The position numbers and the translations under genes were made by a program. A DNA stretch of 54,400 bases from a virus (taxonomy: Duplodnaviria; Caudoviricetes): positions 1-54,400 of the IMG/VR virus record IMGVR_UViG_3300025087_000086; one strand, written 5' to 3'. Every line of letters starts with the position of its first letter. The first letter of the stretch is position 1. This document shows positions 20,680 to 29,059 of this stretch, piece after piece. The notes below the pieces were generated by a model. The model ran no database searches, was not told the DNA's origin, and saw only the letters and a program-made list of their open reading frames with translations.

Positions 20680-21015
20680 TCTATTCCCATGTAATCCAAG
20701 AGAGTTCTAAGGTTGTCTCTGGAGACAATACTAGAGCCCAAGGAAATCAAGGGTCACTAAGCTCACTTAGTATACCTAAGTCTCTAGGGTATTATATAAA
20801 ACATGGAAACCATTATGGAACCCTTATATCTACTAAAGATAAGAGTACTATAGAGAAGAGACTAAAGGGATATACTATAGTATATACTAATATATACTCA
20901 GTACAGAAAGAAGATTTAGTCATAGACGACTATGGGAATCCAGAGATAATCTGATTACAAGGAATTCAGTTGATCCCTGAATCCCAAAGATAAACTAAGA
21001 AGAGGAGAACCTAGG

Positions 21016-21372
21016 ATGCAAAAGCTACTCACTACAATTTATTTACTTATCACTTTGTTAATGGTGTCTGGATGTGCTTCAGACGCTTATGTTAAAATCT
21101 ATGCTCTAGGTGCTGAAGGTGGCTATGGCCTCATTGGGGACGTAGTTGCTGGGGGATGCTTAGTCTTCACCAAAGGAGAAGTCCAAGGAGGAATGAGTGT
21201 CTCTTACCAAGGGAAAGACTGTCAAGTTGCCATTGGCAAAGCTCCGGCTCCCCCTGTTGAGATTGAGCCAGTACCAGTGGAGGCTGAACAAGTGCCAGTA
21301 GAGACCGAAGATTTACCAAGTGAACCTGAGCTTCCCATGTCTGGAGACGTAACTGAAGAGGAGGTATTATAA
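21016..21372 (+). CDS. Lipoprotein (possible spanin component)
   Basis: GAGGAG RBS; lipobox VSGC; acidic Pro-rich tail. Confidence 0.6.
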   Translation: MQKLLTTIYLLITLLMVSGCASDAYVKIYALGAEGGYGLIGDVVAGGCLVFTKGEVQGGMSVSYQGKDCQVAIGKAPAPPVEIEPVPVEAEQVPVETEDLPSEPELPMSGDVTEEEVL

Positions 21373-21845
21373 TGCATGAGATTAAGTTGTCACAAGTAAA
21401 CAAAGAGTTAGCTAAGTTTGATATCAAGATTCTGTGTGATGAGAACCCTGGTGTTCCGACTCCACCTAATCCAGTTCCAGTGCCTCCAGTAACTCCCCCG
21501 GCATCTGGGATTTTAGATGTGAGCTACAAGGATATCATTCACCACTATAACCCCCACAGCCTAATTGATGCTGCTTACCCCAAGGGTAAAGGTGTATCTA
21601 TTATATTCTGTGTGGGAGATAAGTATGAGTCTGTAGTGTTCAATGGAACCCCCTTTAGACTTCAGAATGGAAACGATGAAGGCAGGGAATGGTGGACTAG
21701 CATTGACTTCAAGGGGCAGAAGCCAGTGGCTATGAGTGGTACTGTGATTGCTAAGAATCGGAATGGAAAAACCTATAGATTCACTATCCCCGCTGGAGGG
21801 AGTAGCTACTTGAACTATAAAGGGAATTGCTTCGGGAGGAAGTAA
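21372..21845 (+). CDS. Hypothetical protein
   Basis: 157 aa, Pro-rich linker, TAATG coupling at both ends. Confidence 0.6.
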   Translation: MHEIKLSQVNKELAKFDIKILCDENPGVPTPPNPVPVPPVTPPASGILDVSYKDIIHHYNPHSLIDAAYPKGKGVSIIFCVGDKYESVVFNGTPFRLQNGNDEGREWWTSIDFKGQKPVAMSGTVIAKNRNGKTYRFTIPAGGSSYLNYKGNCFGRK

Positions 21846-22342
21846 TGGATACCGTAGAACAGCGTTTCATTTACTACGGTCAGTACGAGGGCGTTTCCTT
21901 TGGTTCCAGAGTTATTCGGTTCTTCACTTGGTCTAACATCTCCCACACTGCTGCATTCTTTCCACCGAATGAACAAGGGGAATATGGGGACATCATAGAA
22001 GCTTGGAGGGAAGGAGTAGTTCGAAGGCACTGGACAGTTGGCCATAAGAAAGGGACTAAGATTACTATCTTCAAAGTCCCTTGTACCAAGTTTCAGCAAG
22101 ATAAGTTCTATGCTTTAATGCAAGAGAAGCTTGGGAAGAAGTATGACTTCTTTGGAGTGATTGGGTTTCCATTCAGAAAGATTTGGGAATCCCCTAATCG
22201 CTGGTTCTGCTCAGAAGCGGTGTATCACAGTGCTCTCTTGGCTGGGATCATGTTGTTTAGAAACATTCAAGCTTATCAGGTGTTCCCTGGTCTACTATCA
22301 GTGACCCCTTATGCAGAAGAAGTTGGAGTACTAACAATATGA
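21845..22342 (+). CDS. Permuted papain-like amidase (YaeF/YiiX-like)
   Basis: His-before-Cys order: SHTA...IIEA...GKKYDF...WFCSE. Confidence 0.75.
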   Translation: MDTVEQRFIYYGQYEGVSFGSRVIRFFTWSNISHTAAFFPPNEQGEYGDIIEAWREGVVRRHWTVGHKKGTKITIFKVPCTKFQQDKFYALMQEKLGKKYDFFGVIGFPFRKIWESPNRWFCSEAVYHSALLAGIMLFRNIQAYQVFPGLLSVTPYAEEVGVLTI

Positions 22343-22410
22343 ACTGGACAGGAATCACTATAGTTATGCTACTTCTATTGTTATCTCTATCCGTTCTTGG
22401 GATACAGTGA
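22339..22410 (+). CDS. 23-aa single-TM peptide (not in ORF track)
   Basis: MNWTGITIVMLLLLLSLSVLGIQ; ATGA overlap; fills the gap between two genes. Confidence 0.4.
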   Translation: MNWTGITIVMLLLLLSLSVLGIQ

Positions 22411-22415
22411 GAGCA

Positions 22416-22754
22416 ATGGAAACCAGCGAAGAAGTAAAAGAGCATATCGAATACACCTACAATGCTAAGGGTAACGAAGAGCTTAGGGATTCAGATAGAG
22501 AACGGATAGAAGCAATTGTTCAAGAGGAGCTGAATAGAGTCCTTAGTAAGAGGAAGGCCACTTGTAACTTCTGTTCATCTCCAGATGCAGTAGAGCACCA
22601 TGCTAGAGCCCATGAGTTTCTTGATAAGCTCATGGCGACTCTAGATCGGCTAGAGAATATCAAATGGGGAATCCTTAAGTCTGTATTACAAGTGATTACT
22701 ATTTCTTTACTCGGACTCATTGGAGCCTTGTTGTGGAAACAGATAAAGGGGTAA
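22416..22754 (+). CDS. Membrane protein, holin candidate
   Basis: C-terminal TM helix; directly upstream of the endolysin. Confidence 0.45.
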   Translation: METSEEVKEHIEYTYNAKGNEELRDSDRERIEAIVQEELNRVLSKRKATCNFCSSPDAVEHHARAHEFLDKLMATLDRLENIKWGILKSVLQVITISLLGLIGALLWKQIKG

Positions 22755-22784
22755 CTAAGTGACCAATGGGATTAAGGTGATACT

Positions 22785-23165
22785 ATGACCTGGGCAAACT
22801 GGATATTCTGGCTAACAATGAATCTTTACTTCGAAGCCAGGGGAGAGTCTCTGGAGGGGAAGGTTGCTGTGTGTCATGTAGTTATGAACAGAACAGTAAA
22901 ACGGAGGAAGAGCGTAGAAGAGGTAATACGGGAATCTAAACAGTTCTCTTGGTACAACGGGAACATAGTACCTCCTGTGTACCAGCCTATGGAACTGATC
23001 GGGTGTATTGAAGCTCTCTTTGTTTTCTTTGGAGAGAGAATGAAGGGCCTCAACTTGAGCGGAGCTGACCATTACTTTAACCCGTACTTAGTATTACCAA
23101 GCTGGGCTAAGTCAATGGTTAAGATTGGGCTCATAGGGAACCATGAATTCTATAGGAGTAAATGA
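22785..23165 (+). CDS. SleB/Hydrolase_2 family cell-wall hydrolase (endolysin)
   Basis: YFEARGE...AVCHVVMNR...QFSW...GADHYFNP...PSW...IGNHEFY. Confidence 0.9.
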   Translation: MTWANWIFWLTMNLYFEARGESLEGKVAVCHVVMNRTVKRRKSVEEVIRESKQFSWYNGNIVPPVYQPMELIGCIEALFVFFGERMKGLNLSGADHYFNPYLVLPSWAKSMVKIGLIGNHEFYRSK

Positions 23166-23166
23166 T

Positions 23167-23373
23167 ATGAATGCTAATATAAAAACTAAAACAAAAGCCA
23201 AGGTAAATAGTCTTAGTGCCACAGCTTACCAAGAATTCACTAAGGTCGCTATGTTCTCCCTAGTGAGTCTCTGTGTAGCAAGTGGAGTCTTTGGGTTCGC
23301 TTCGATTGCTAGTGCTGTTATTCAGTATGGGTTACTTAATCTAGCCAAGGCTTTCTTCACTGCAATAGTCTAA
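23167..23373 (+). CDS. Small membrane protein
   Basis: Hydrophobic C-terminal half; last + strand gene of the block. Confidence 0.45.
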   Translation: MNANIKTKTKAKVNSLSATAYQEFTKVAMFSLVSLCVASGVFGFASIASAVIQYGLLNLAKAFFTAIV

Positions 23374-23388
23374 GTACCTCATTAAAAG

Positions 23389-23430
23389 AGCCAGAGAGTA
23401 CCAAGGTTCAATCCTTAGTACCCTCTGGCT
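23389..23430 (-). terminator. Intrinsic terminator at the convergence of the two transcription directions
   Basis: 18-bp stem fully paired on the - strand (two G-U), followed by CUUUU. Confidence 0.7.
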
Positions 23431-23682
23431 ACCTCCCTACCTGTTACTTGCTTAGTAGTATCTCTGGGTCAGTTATGCCTATCCTTTGGAGTGAACTAAG
23501 TACAGCTCTATTCATAGCCTCTTGTTGTGCAGCTCTTGAAGAAGAGGAATTAGTTAAACCCAGCATCCATCCTAGCATACTCCTCAGCTTTCCTCCGAGC
23601 TTCCTCAGCTTGCTGCTCAATCCTCTTTCTTTCTTCTAGCATTCTCTTTAATTCCCCCTTGAGCTGTCTCCTTTGGTCTCTC

Positions 23683-23931
23683 TTATCTCTCTATAATTTC
23701 AGTTAGCATCTCCTGAAGAGTCTCTACTACCTGGGTGAGTTCATTTACCCTAGTCTCTAGGGCCACTACCTTGGTCTTCAGCTCGACCATCTTTTCACTA
23801 TGTTCATCACAGATAGAAGTTAGAGATACTTGAGTAGCGAATACACCAGTAGAAGGCATATACCCCGAACCAGCTCCATTAAAAACTGGTGTATTCACAT
23901 GGTGATGATAAGCATCTTTAGAACCACTCAT
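23683..23931 (-). CDS. Hypothetical protein
   Basis: 82 aa, C-terminal coiled coil. Confidence 0.5.
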   Translation of the reverse strand: MSGSKDAYHHHVNTPVFNGAGSGYMPSTGVFATQVSLTSICDEHSEKMVELKTKVVALETRVNELTQVVETLQEMLTEIIER

Positions 23932-23934
23932 AGG

Positions 23935-24264
23935 TCATTTCCACTTCAAAGGCTTATAGCCGTTATCCACAAAGACTTGATGAAGCACAGCACTAAGCGT
24001 AGCTATCTGTGGGTGACTCATCTCGATTCCAGTGATTGAGTTGATAGCCTCAATTGTTTCGTGGAGCCTAGTCTCTTCTTCGTCCGGGCCACCTTCATGT
24101 TTCTTGGAGTACACATCTTCGTTTAGATTGATTACTTTCCGTACTCCATCGTAATTCCCAAGTACCATCCCTGCTTCGTCTTCTCCAAAGACTTGAGCAT
24201 ACCTATCCTCTAACTCTTCGTTTGGCATATACACAATTGGAATCTTGAATCCTAGTATCTTCAT
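23935..24264 (-). CDS. Hypothetical protein, degenerate zincin-like
   Basis: G...INLN...TRLHETIEAI...H motif. Confidence 0.5.
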   Translation of the reverse strand: MKILGFKIPIVYMPNEELEDRYAQVFGEDEAGMVLGNYDGVRKVINLNEDVYSKKHEGGPDEEETRLHETIEAINSITGIEMSHPQIATLSAVLHQVFVDNGYKPLKWK

Positions 24265-24467
24265 AGTACCTCTTCATAGTTTTCATTAAAGAACTTCTTT
24301 GCTACATACCATTGATCCTTTGGATTTTGAGGGTTTATGGCTATCATCCCTCCTTTTTCTAAGGAGTCCTCTGGACTAACTGACACACCATCCATGTCTT
24401 CCCCTGGTATGTAAGGACGCATTAATTGAATGCCAACTTTCCTATAAGGCTTCCATTGGTTGCTCAT
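24261..24467 (-). CDS. Small PGDYG-like phage protein
   Basis: YRK...GGMIA...QWYVAKKFFNENYE; ATGA overlaps at both ends. Confidence 0.55.
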   Translation of the reverse strand: MSNQWKPYRKVGIQLMRPYIPGEDMDGVSVSPEDSLEKGGMIAINPQNPKDQWYVAKKFFNENYEEVL

Positions 24468-24673
24468 TCATTCCTCGCTATAGCTGCATTAGCCCAGAAG
24501 ATAGATGTTTCAAGGTGAGTCATAGCTACTAACTGCTCCCTGCTTGCAGGGGTTAACTCTTTAATCAAGTAAGCTAACTCCTTAGCTTTCTCCCTAAGTG
24601 CCACATACTTCGCATTCTGTCCAGGCTTAGGAGAGTGGTACACAAAGTTGTTCTCTAATACTTTATCTTCCAT
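24464..24673 (-). CDS. Acb2/Tad1-like helical hairpin protein (candidate immune-signal sponge)
   Basis: FVYHSP...YVALREKAKELA...PASREQLVAMTHLETSIFWANAAIAR, recognised from memory of the family. Confidence 0.65.
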   Translation of the reverse strand: MEDKVLENNFVYHSPKPGQNAKYVALREKAKELAYLIKELTPASREQLVAMTHLETSIFWANAAIARNE

Positions 24674-24676
24674 AGT

Positions 24677-25792
24677 TCACTCCTCATTCTTAAGTAACCA
24701 TCTATTACTGATAGCTTTGAAACTAAGCTGCTGTTCGTCTCGAACTCTAATGACCACTCCTTCTGCATCTGGATTACACCCAACTACCGAGGTTCTCTCT
24801 GCTTCGGATAAGAAGTAGGCTCTCATGTACACTGGGTCTCTGTTCTGTGGTATCGCTCCAACCCAAATCTCTGGTACTGCATAGAGCCCAAGAGCTGCAC
24901 AGATACAGAGTTTCTTGTCATAGCTCAAGTACTGCTTGGTATCTATGTCCCAAATACCAAAGACGAAGAAGTGTAATTCTGAGAGCCCATACTTATTCCC
25001 CTGAACCCCTGGACCCACGATCTCCCCTTGGATAGCCAGAGATACGTTGTTCTTCTTACAGTACGCAGTGAGCCTCTCTTCGATACTATAGATGCCTGAG
25101 ACACTCCACCAAGTGCTCCAGTCTTTGCACTTCTTCCAGACATTACGGGAGCATACTCCGTATAGCCCTCGGTTAAAAAGCCCGTTCTTAAAGTCTCGGT
25201 TATAAAAGTAAGTAGTACTCTGACCGTCTAGTTTCTCAGTGCATACTATCTGCTTACCGTAGAACTGAGAGAAACTAGTTACGTTCTGTACCCGCTCTTC
25301 GTCTGTCTTTGGAAACCACTCGGGCCATGAACCAGATGCCCTGGGATAGAGGTAGCTATGAATTCTTCGGCCTACCCCGAATCTCAGTAACCACTTATGG
25401 GGCGGTGGTTTTCTGGAGTAACATTGAGTCACTGAGTCTTTGGAGCCAGGGGTTTCGTAGAGTTTCACTCCAAGAGTTTCAGTAACATCTGCTCCAAGTG
25501 CCCAAGACTCAGAAAGCCCAACTGTCTCTGGAGACAAAGCTAAGCCTTGGCTTAGTTGTCCCCTGAGCTTTATGGTCTTCACTCTGAACTTCCTGGGTCT
25601 CAGAAATTCTGACCAAGATGCCTCAGGGAGTACAGAGTCTATTTCAAAGTAAATGCATAGACTCCCTGGTACGAACTCCCCTTTCTTCACTACACACTGC
25701 CACCCATCTATACGAGCTAACTCTATGTTGTCTGCTCCGTCTATAGGGGTAATCTCCTGTATCTCTCTTACCGTTGCTAGTTTCCTGTTCAT
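24677..25792 (-). CDS. RNA ligase, DRB0094/Rnl5 family
   Basis: N-terminal OB domain (RKLATV...PIDGADNIE...GWQCVV); ligase motifs TEKLDG, QGE, FFVF, EGVV, FKAIS. Confidence 0.9.
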   Translation of the reverse strand: MNRKLATVREIQEITPIDGADNIELARIDGWQCVVKKGEFVPGSLCIYFEIDSVLPEASWSEFLRPRKFRVKTIKLRGQLSQGLALSPETVGLSESWALGADVTETLGVKLYETPGSKDSVTQCYSRKPPPHKWLLRFGVGRRIHSYLYPRASGSWPEWFPKTDEERVQNVTSFSQFYGKQIVCTEKLDGQSTTYFYNRDFKNGLFNRGLYGVCSRNVWKKCKDWSTWWSVSGIYSIEERLTAYCKKNNVSLAIQGEIVGPGVQGNKYGLSELHFFVFGIWDIDTKQYLSYDKKLCICAALGLYAVPEIWVGAIPQNRDPVYMRAYFLSEAERTSVVGCNPDAEGVVIRVRDEQQLSFKAISNRWLLKNEE

Positions 25793-25828
25793 TCTTAAGT
25801 TTCCTCCTTATTCTTTTGTGCCCTTTTA

Positions 25829-25927
25829 TCACCAAACACCAGTAATGAATCTGCCTAAGACTATTCCCAGGATAATAGCGGCAGCAAGACCGTCAACAAC
25901 TGCAACACCAATTAAAAAATCTTTCAT
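25829..25927 (-). CDS. 32-aa hydrophobic peptide (not in ORF track)
   Basis: MKDFLIGVAVVDGLAAAIILGIVLGRFITGVW with GAGGGG RBS. Confidence 0.45.
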   Translation of the reverse strand: MKDFLIGVAVVDGLAAAIILGIVLGRFITGVW

Positions 25928-25946
25928 AACTTCCCCTCTCTCTCTC

Positions 25947-26120
25947 TTAGTTCCCATGTATCTCTACTATAGCTTCCACTGGACAAGCATCTTTGCAACT
26001 CCCACAGCCAGCGCAGTTGTCTTGATCTATCACAGCATAGACCATAATAGTTATGGCATCCAGTGGACACACATCTAGACACTTCTCACACCCCATACAT
26101 TCAGAAGTCACTAGTATCAT
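25947..26120 (-). CDS. 2x[4Fe-4S] ferredoxin
   Basis: CMGCEKCLDVCP and CAGCGSCKDACP; ATG overlaps the nrdJ stop (ATGA). Confidence 0.9.
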   Translation of the reverse strand: MILVTSECMGCEKCLDVCPLDAITIMVYAVIDQDNCAGCGSCKDACPVEAIVEIHGN

Positions 26121-28051
26121 AGCACATCGCAGCTCCCCCCTGCACAGGCATACTCTTGCATACCTGTAGTGGTATCCTCTGCTTCTACGAAGGCACTCCA
26201 ATCTATTGAAGGGAACCCCTCAGTGGCTTGTTTATACTGATCCTCAGTTATCTCTTCATACGGAGCATTCTCGTAGATACTTTGGCTCTCAGCTCTGGGA
26301 AAGAACGAGAGCCCTCCAATGGAATCCCAGTGATCCCATACCCATTGAGCTATAGCGAAGTACTCATCATCACTGTAGTAAATAGTCTGGCTAGGATTAC
26401 CATCGCACCAGTGATCTCTGTAGATCAGCCATAACTCAAGCTGTTCCATGGCGCTCATATCTCGGGTAGTTACACAGTTCTCTGGAGCAGCTACATAGAA
26501 GCTGAATATGTACTTGTCTCCAGAGACAACATAGGGGACTCCCTGGTCAACTAGAAAGCCAGTGAGAGAATCCTTGCTATCTTGAGTAACTCTTCGTATG
26601 TAGTACCTAGCATAGCGCGGGTGAATCCCAGAACTGCTATTGACAAGCTGAGATACAGTACCGCTCGGCTTAATGAGAGTAAGCTGCTTGCTTGGGTTAA
26701 TACCCAGTCTACTTGACCACTCTTTATTCGTGGCATTTGCTACCTCCTTGAGTAGTGCCAATGTATCTTCTAACTCATTGTCACCAATATTATACTTTGA
26801 TTTATTTATACCAAGAATTCCCCATCCGCTTCTCCCGCTCATCACTGGATGATCCATGATACCAGTTAGTGACACCCCTAGTAACCGCTCTTCTTCTGCA
26901 TTGTCTTTCCAAACCTTACGAAGATACCTGAAGTTAGTTAGAGTGGACTGAAGCGTTCCAAGTATCGTAGCTAGTCTGACCTTTTCCTTAAGAGTTTTCA
27001 GGGTGTCCTTTGGCCTTACAATTACCTCTGTGAGATTGCACAAGCCACCGTTATCTCTAAGAATACTCTCGCCACATGGGTTTAGCAAGTAATCTCCTTT
27101 ATACTCCCTCCCACAGCTTTCAGCCTTAGCTTTCAGAGCCTCCTTATTTACTATACCTCGTTCTCCTGACTTAGAAATGTAGAGGTTCCTCCACTCTTTT
27201 GAGAATGAGTCCAAGTCAGGCTTCTCAGTATAAGCTACTGAGTTATTAGCTAGTGTCCGGTAAGGGGCGATAGAGTACCAGTCACCATTTTTTGCTCGGC
27301 GCATACGGTCATCAGTCAAATTTGAGAAACTTATTGTAGCGCTCCTTCTTACCCCTCCAGCAATGATCGCATCAGCGATTTTGCAACAGATATCATGGAC
27401 TTCCAGTGAGTTCAGTTTTCGTTTACCCTCTTTCACTGCGGTTCTAAAAGTCCTAACGGTAAAAGACATGAGAGCATTGAGAGGCTCAGGGCCACTAGCG
27501 CGGCCACCAAAGGTACGAAGTCGAGAGCCAGCAGGGCGGATAGCATCGAGGTTCCACTTAGGAATATTCCCGGAATAAAGCATAGAGATAAGTTCCTTGT
27601 ACGCTGAGGCCCAGCCAATCTTGGAATCTCTAACTTTGATGACTGTCTCACTCTCATTCAGTTCCTCCGGTAGATCAGGAAGTTGGTTGATATACTGCCT
27701 CTCGACTGAGAATCCAACTCCACACCCGCAGCTAAGGAGGTACATGATCTCATCGAAGCACCTCGGGTGGTTGATTGCTATAGCTGCACAGTTGAACCCA
27801 GATACTTCATCACGCTCTAACGCTGGCCCAGCAGTCATTAGTGCTCTCATACTGGGGGCTATGGAAAGGCTCAATATCGCTTCTTCAATCTTGTAGCTTT
27901 CATTAAGCATACTCTCATCCCAGCCAAGAGTTTGCTTATGCCAAAACTTAATATACCTCTTAACTGTCTCTTCCCAAGTCTCCCTTCGCTTCTCAGCATC
28001 GAGATAACGGGCATACTTGGAAGTATGGATGTAGCGTTGAAGGTCATTCAT
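26117..28051 (-). CDS. nrdJ: Class II (adenosylcobalamin-dependent) ribonucleotide reductase
   Basis: PSMRAL, FNC, GGRASGPEPL, GGVRRSA, NPCGE, IKPSGTVSQL and C-terminal CAGGSC. Confidence 0.93.
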   Translation of the reverse strand: MNDLQRYIHTSKYARYLDAEKRRETWEETVKRYIKFWHKQTLGWDESMLNESYKIEEAILSLSIAPSMRALMTAGPALERDEVSGFNCAAIAINHPRCFDEIMYLLSCGCGVGFSVERQYINQLPDLPEELNESETVIKVRDSKIGWASAYKELISMLYSGNIPKWNLDAIRPAGSRLRTFGGRASGPEPLNALMSFTVRTFRTAVKEGKRKLNSLEVHDICCKIADAIIAGGVRRSATISFSNLTDDRMRRAKNGDWYSIAPYRTLANNSVAYTEKPDLDSFSKEWRNLYISKSGERGIVNKEALKAKAESCGREYKGDYLLNPCGESILRDNGGLCNLTEVIVRPKDTLKTLKEKVRLATILGTLQSTLTNFRYLRKVWKDNAEEERLLGVSLTGIMDHPVMSGRSGWGILGINKSKYNIGDNELEDTLALLKEVANATNKEWSSRLGINPSKQLTLIKPSGTVSQLVNSSSGIHPRYARYYIRRVTQDSKDSLTGFLVDQGVPYVVSGDKYIFSFYVAAPENCVTTRDMSAMEQLELWLIYRDHWCDGNPSQTIYYSDDEYFAIAQWVWDHWDSIGGLSFFPRAESQSIYENAPYEEITEDQYKQATEGFPSIDWSAFVEAEDTTTGMQEYACAGGSCDVL

Positions 28052-28250
28052 GCTTTTCTCCCTTATACCTAGGCACTCTAATCCCGGTCAGTGTATCAAT
28101 TGCTTTGTAGAGCTGAGCTACTACCTCTTCCACTTCGACTGGATTAAATATTCCAAGGTCAGCTCTATGCGTATGGTAATGCAACTTGATATCTTTGTAT
28201 CCACCTATATCTCTGATCTCAAATTTCATAGACGCTCCCTGGTTCCTCAT
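28044..28250 (-). CDS. Hypothetical protein
   Basis: 68 aa, overlaps both neighbours. Confidence 0.5.
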   Translation of the reverse strand: MRNQGASMKFEIRDIGGYKDIKLHYHTHRADLGIFNPVEVEEVVAQLYKAIDTLTGIRVPRYKGEKHE

Positions 28251-28399
28251 GATATCTGAGGCTCCAGCTTACTAATCTCTTTCTTAAACTTCTTTACACA
28301 AGCAGAACAGATACAGAGACCAGGAGTTCGTTCAATCAAGAACTCTTTGTATCTCTCTACCTCTTGCTTAGACTTACCACAGAATGCACAATGCTCCAA
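28247..28399 (-). CDS. Stand-alone ClpX-type C4 zinc finger (not in ORF track)
   Basis: TTG start after AAGGAG; MEHCAFCGKSKQEV...LI...PGLCICSACV, 50 aa. Confidence 0.75.
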   Translation of the reverse strand: MEHCAFCGKSKQEVERYKEFLIERTPGLCICSACVKKFKKEISKLEPQIS

Positions 28400-28403
28400 G
28401 GTA

Positions 28404-28577
28404 TTACTCCTTAATCTCAATAAGATACAGTGGGCAAGCAGTTACACAGTCTCCACACTCAGTACACTTATAAGTATTGATCTTGACTCCATTATGTAGT
28501 ACCGACTTATCTATAGCCATCTCTGGGCAAGCGGCTATGCACTCACCACATTCGTTACAACCGAGCTTTATATTCAA
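28404..28577 (-). CDS. Second 2x[4Fe-4S] ferredoxin (not in ORF track)
   Basis: TTG start after GGAGG; CNECGECIAACP and CTECGDCVTACP, 57 aa. Confidence 0.88.
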   Translation of the reverse strand: MNIKLGCNECGECIAACPEMAIDKSVLHNGVKINTYKCTECGDCVTACPLYLIEIKE

Positions 28578-28589
28578 GATGAACCTCCG

Positions 28590-28877
28590 TTACTCTAAAG
28601 TATTCTCTACGTCTCTCGCTACAGCCTCAGCTTTACTAAGTAACTGGCTGTAGTACCCACTGAGTTGCTTAGAATTGAACCTATGCTTAGGGATAGGCAC
28701 TCTAACTAACCTAAGGTCTGTCTCTAGAGACGCTACCTTGTTCCTCAGCTTCATATTATGTGGTGGAAATACCATAGCTCTCCGTGTCTTACGGTTGAGC
28801 TGCTCGTAGATTCCAGTGGCCCTCGGGGTTACTGAGACCAGCTCAAGCTTCCCAGTGCTTTGATTGAACTTAATCAT
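28590..28877 (-). CDS. Hypothetical protein
   Basis: 95 aa, ATGA coupling. Confidence 0.55.
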   Translation of the reverse strand: MIKFNQSTGKLELVSVTPRATGIYEQLNRKTRRAMVFPPHNMKLRNKVASLETDLRLVRVPIPKHRFNSKQLSGYYSQLLSKAEAVARDVENTLE

Positions 28878-29059
28878 AGTTCCCCCTTCTTAGCTTCATC
28901 AAGAAGGTACTCAATCTCCTCTGTACCACCAGCTACATCAATCAGATACCTAACTATGTCTGCTATGGTATGCTGCTCAGTAATGAGCCAGTCATCCGCA
29001 CCAGCTATGTACATCTTACCTTCTACAAGTTTAGTTACTGGTCTCTTTATTTCACTCAC
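28874..29059 (-). CDS. Hypothetical protein
   Basis: 61 aa, GTGA coupling, GAGGAG RBS. Confidence 0.5.
   Translation of the reverse strand: MSEIKRPVTKLVEGKMYIAGADDWLITEQHTIADIVRYLIDVAGGTEEIEYLLDEAKKGEL

Noticed and set aside
20676-20954. 92-aa ORF as a real gene
   Set aside because: Low-complexity AT-rich DNA resembling the non-coding tract before terS; the ATGA overlap means it is not fully excluded.
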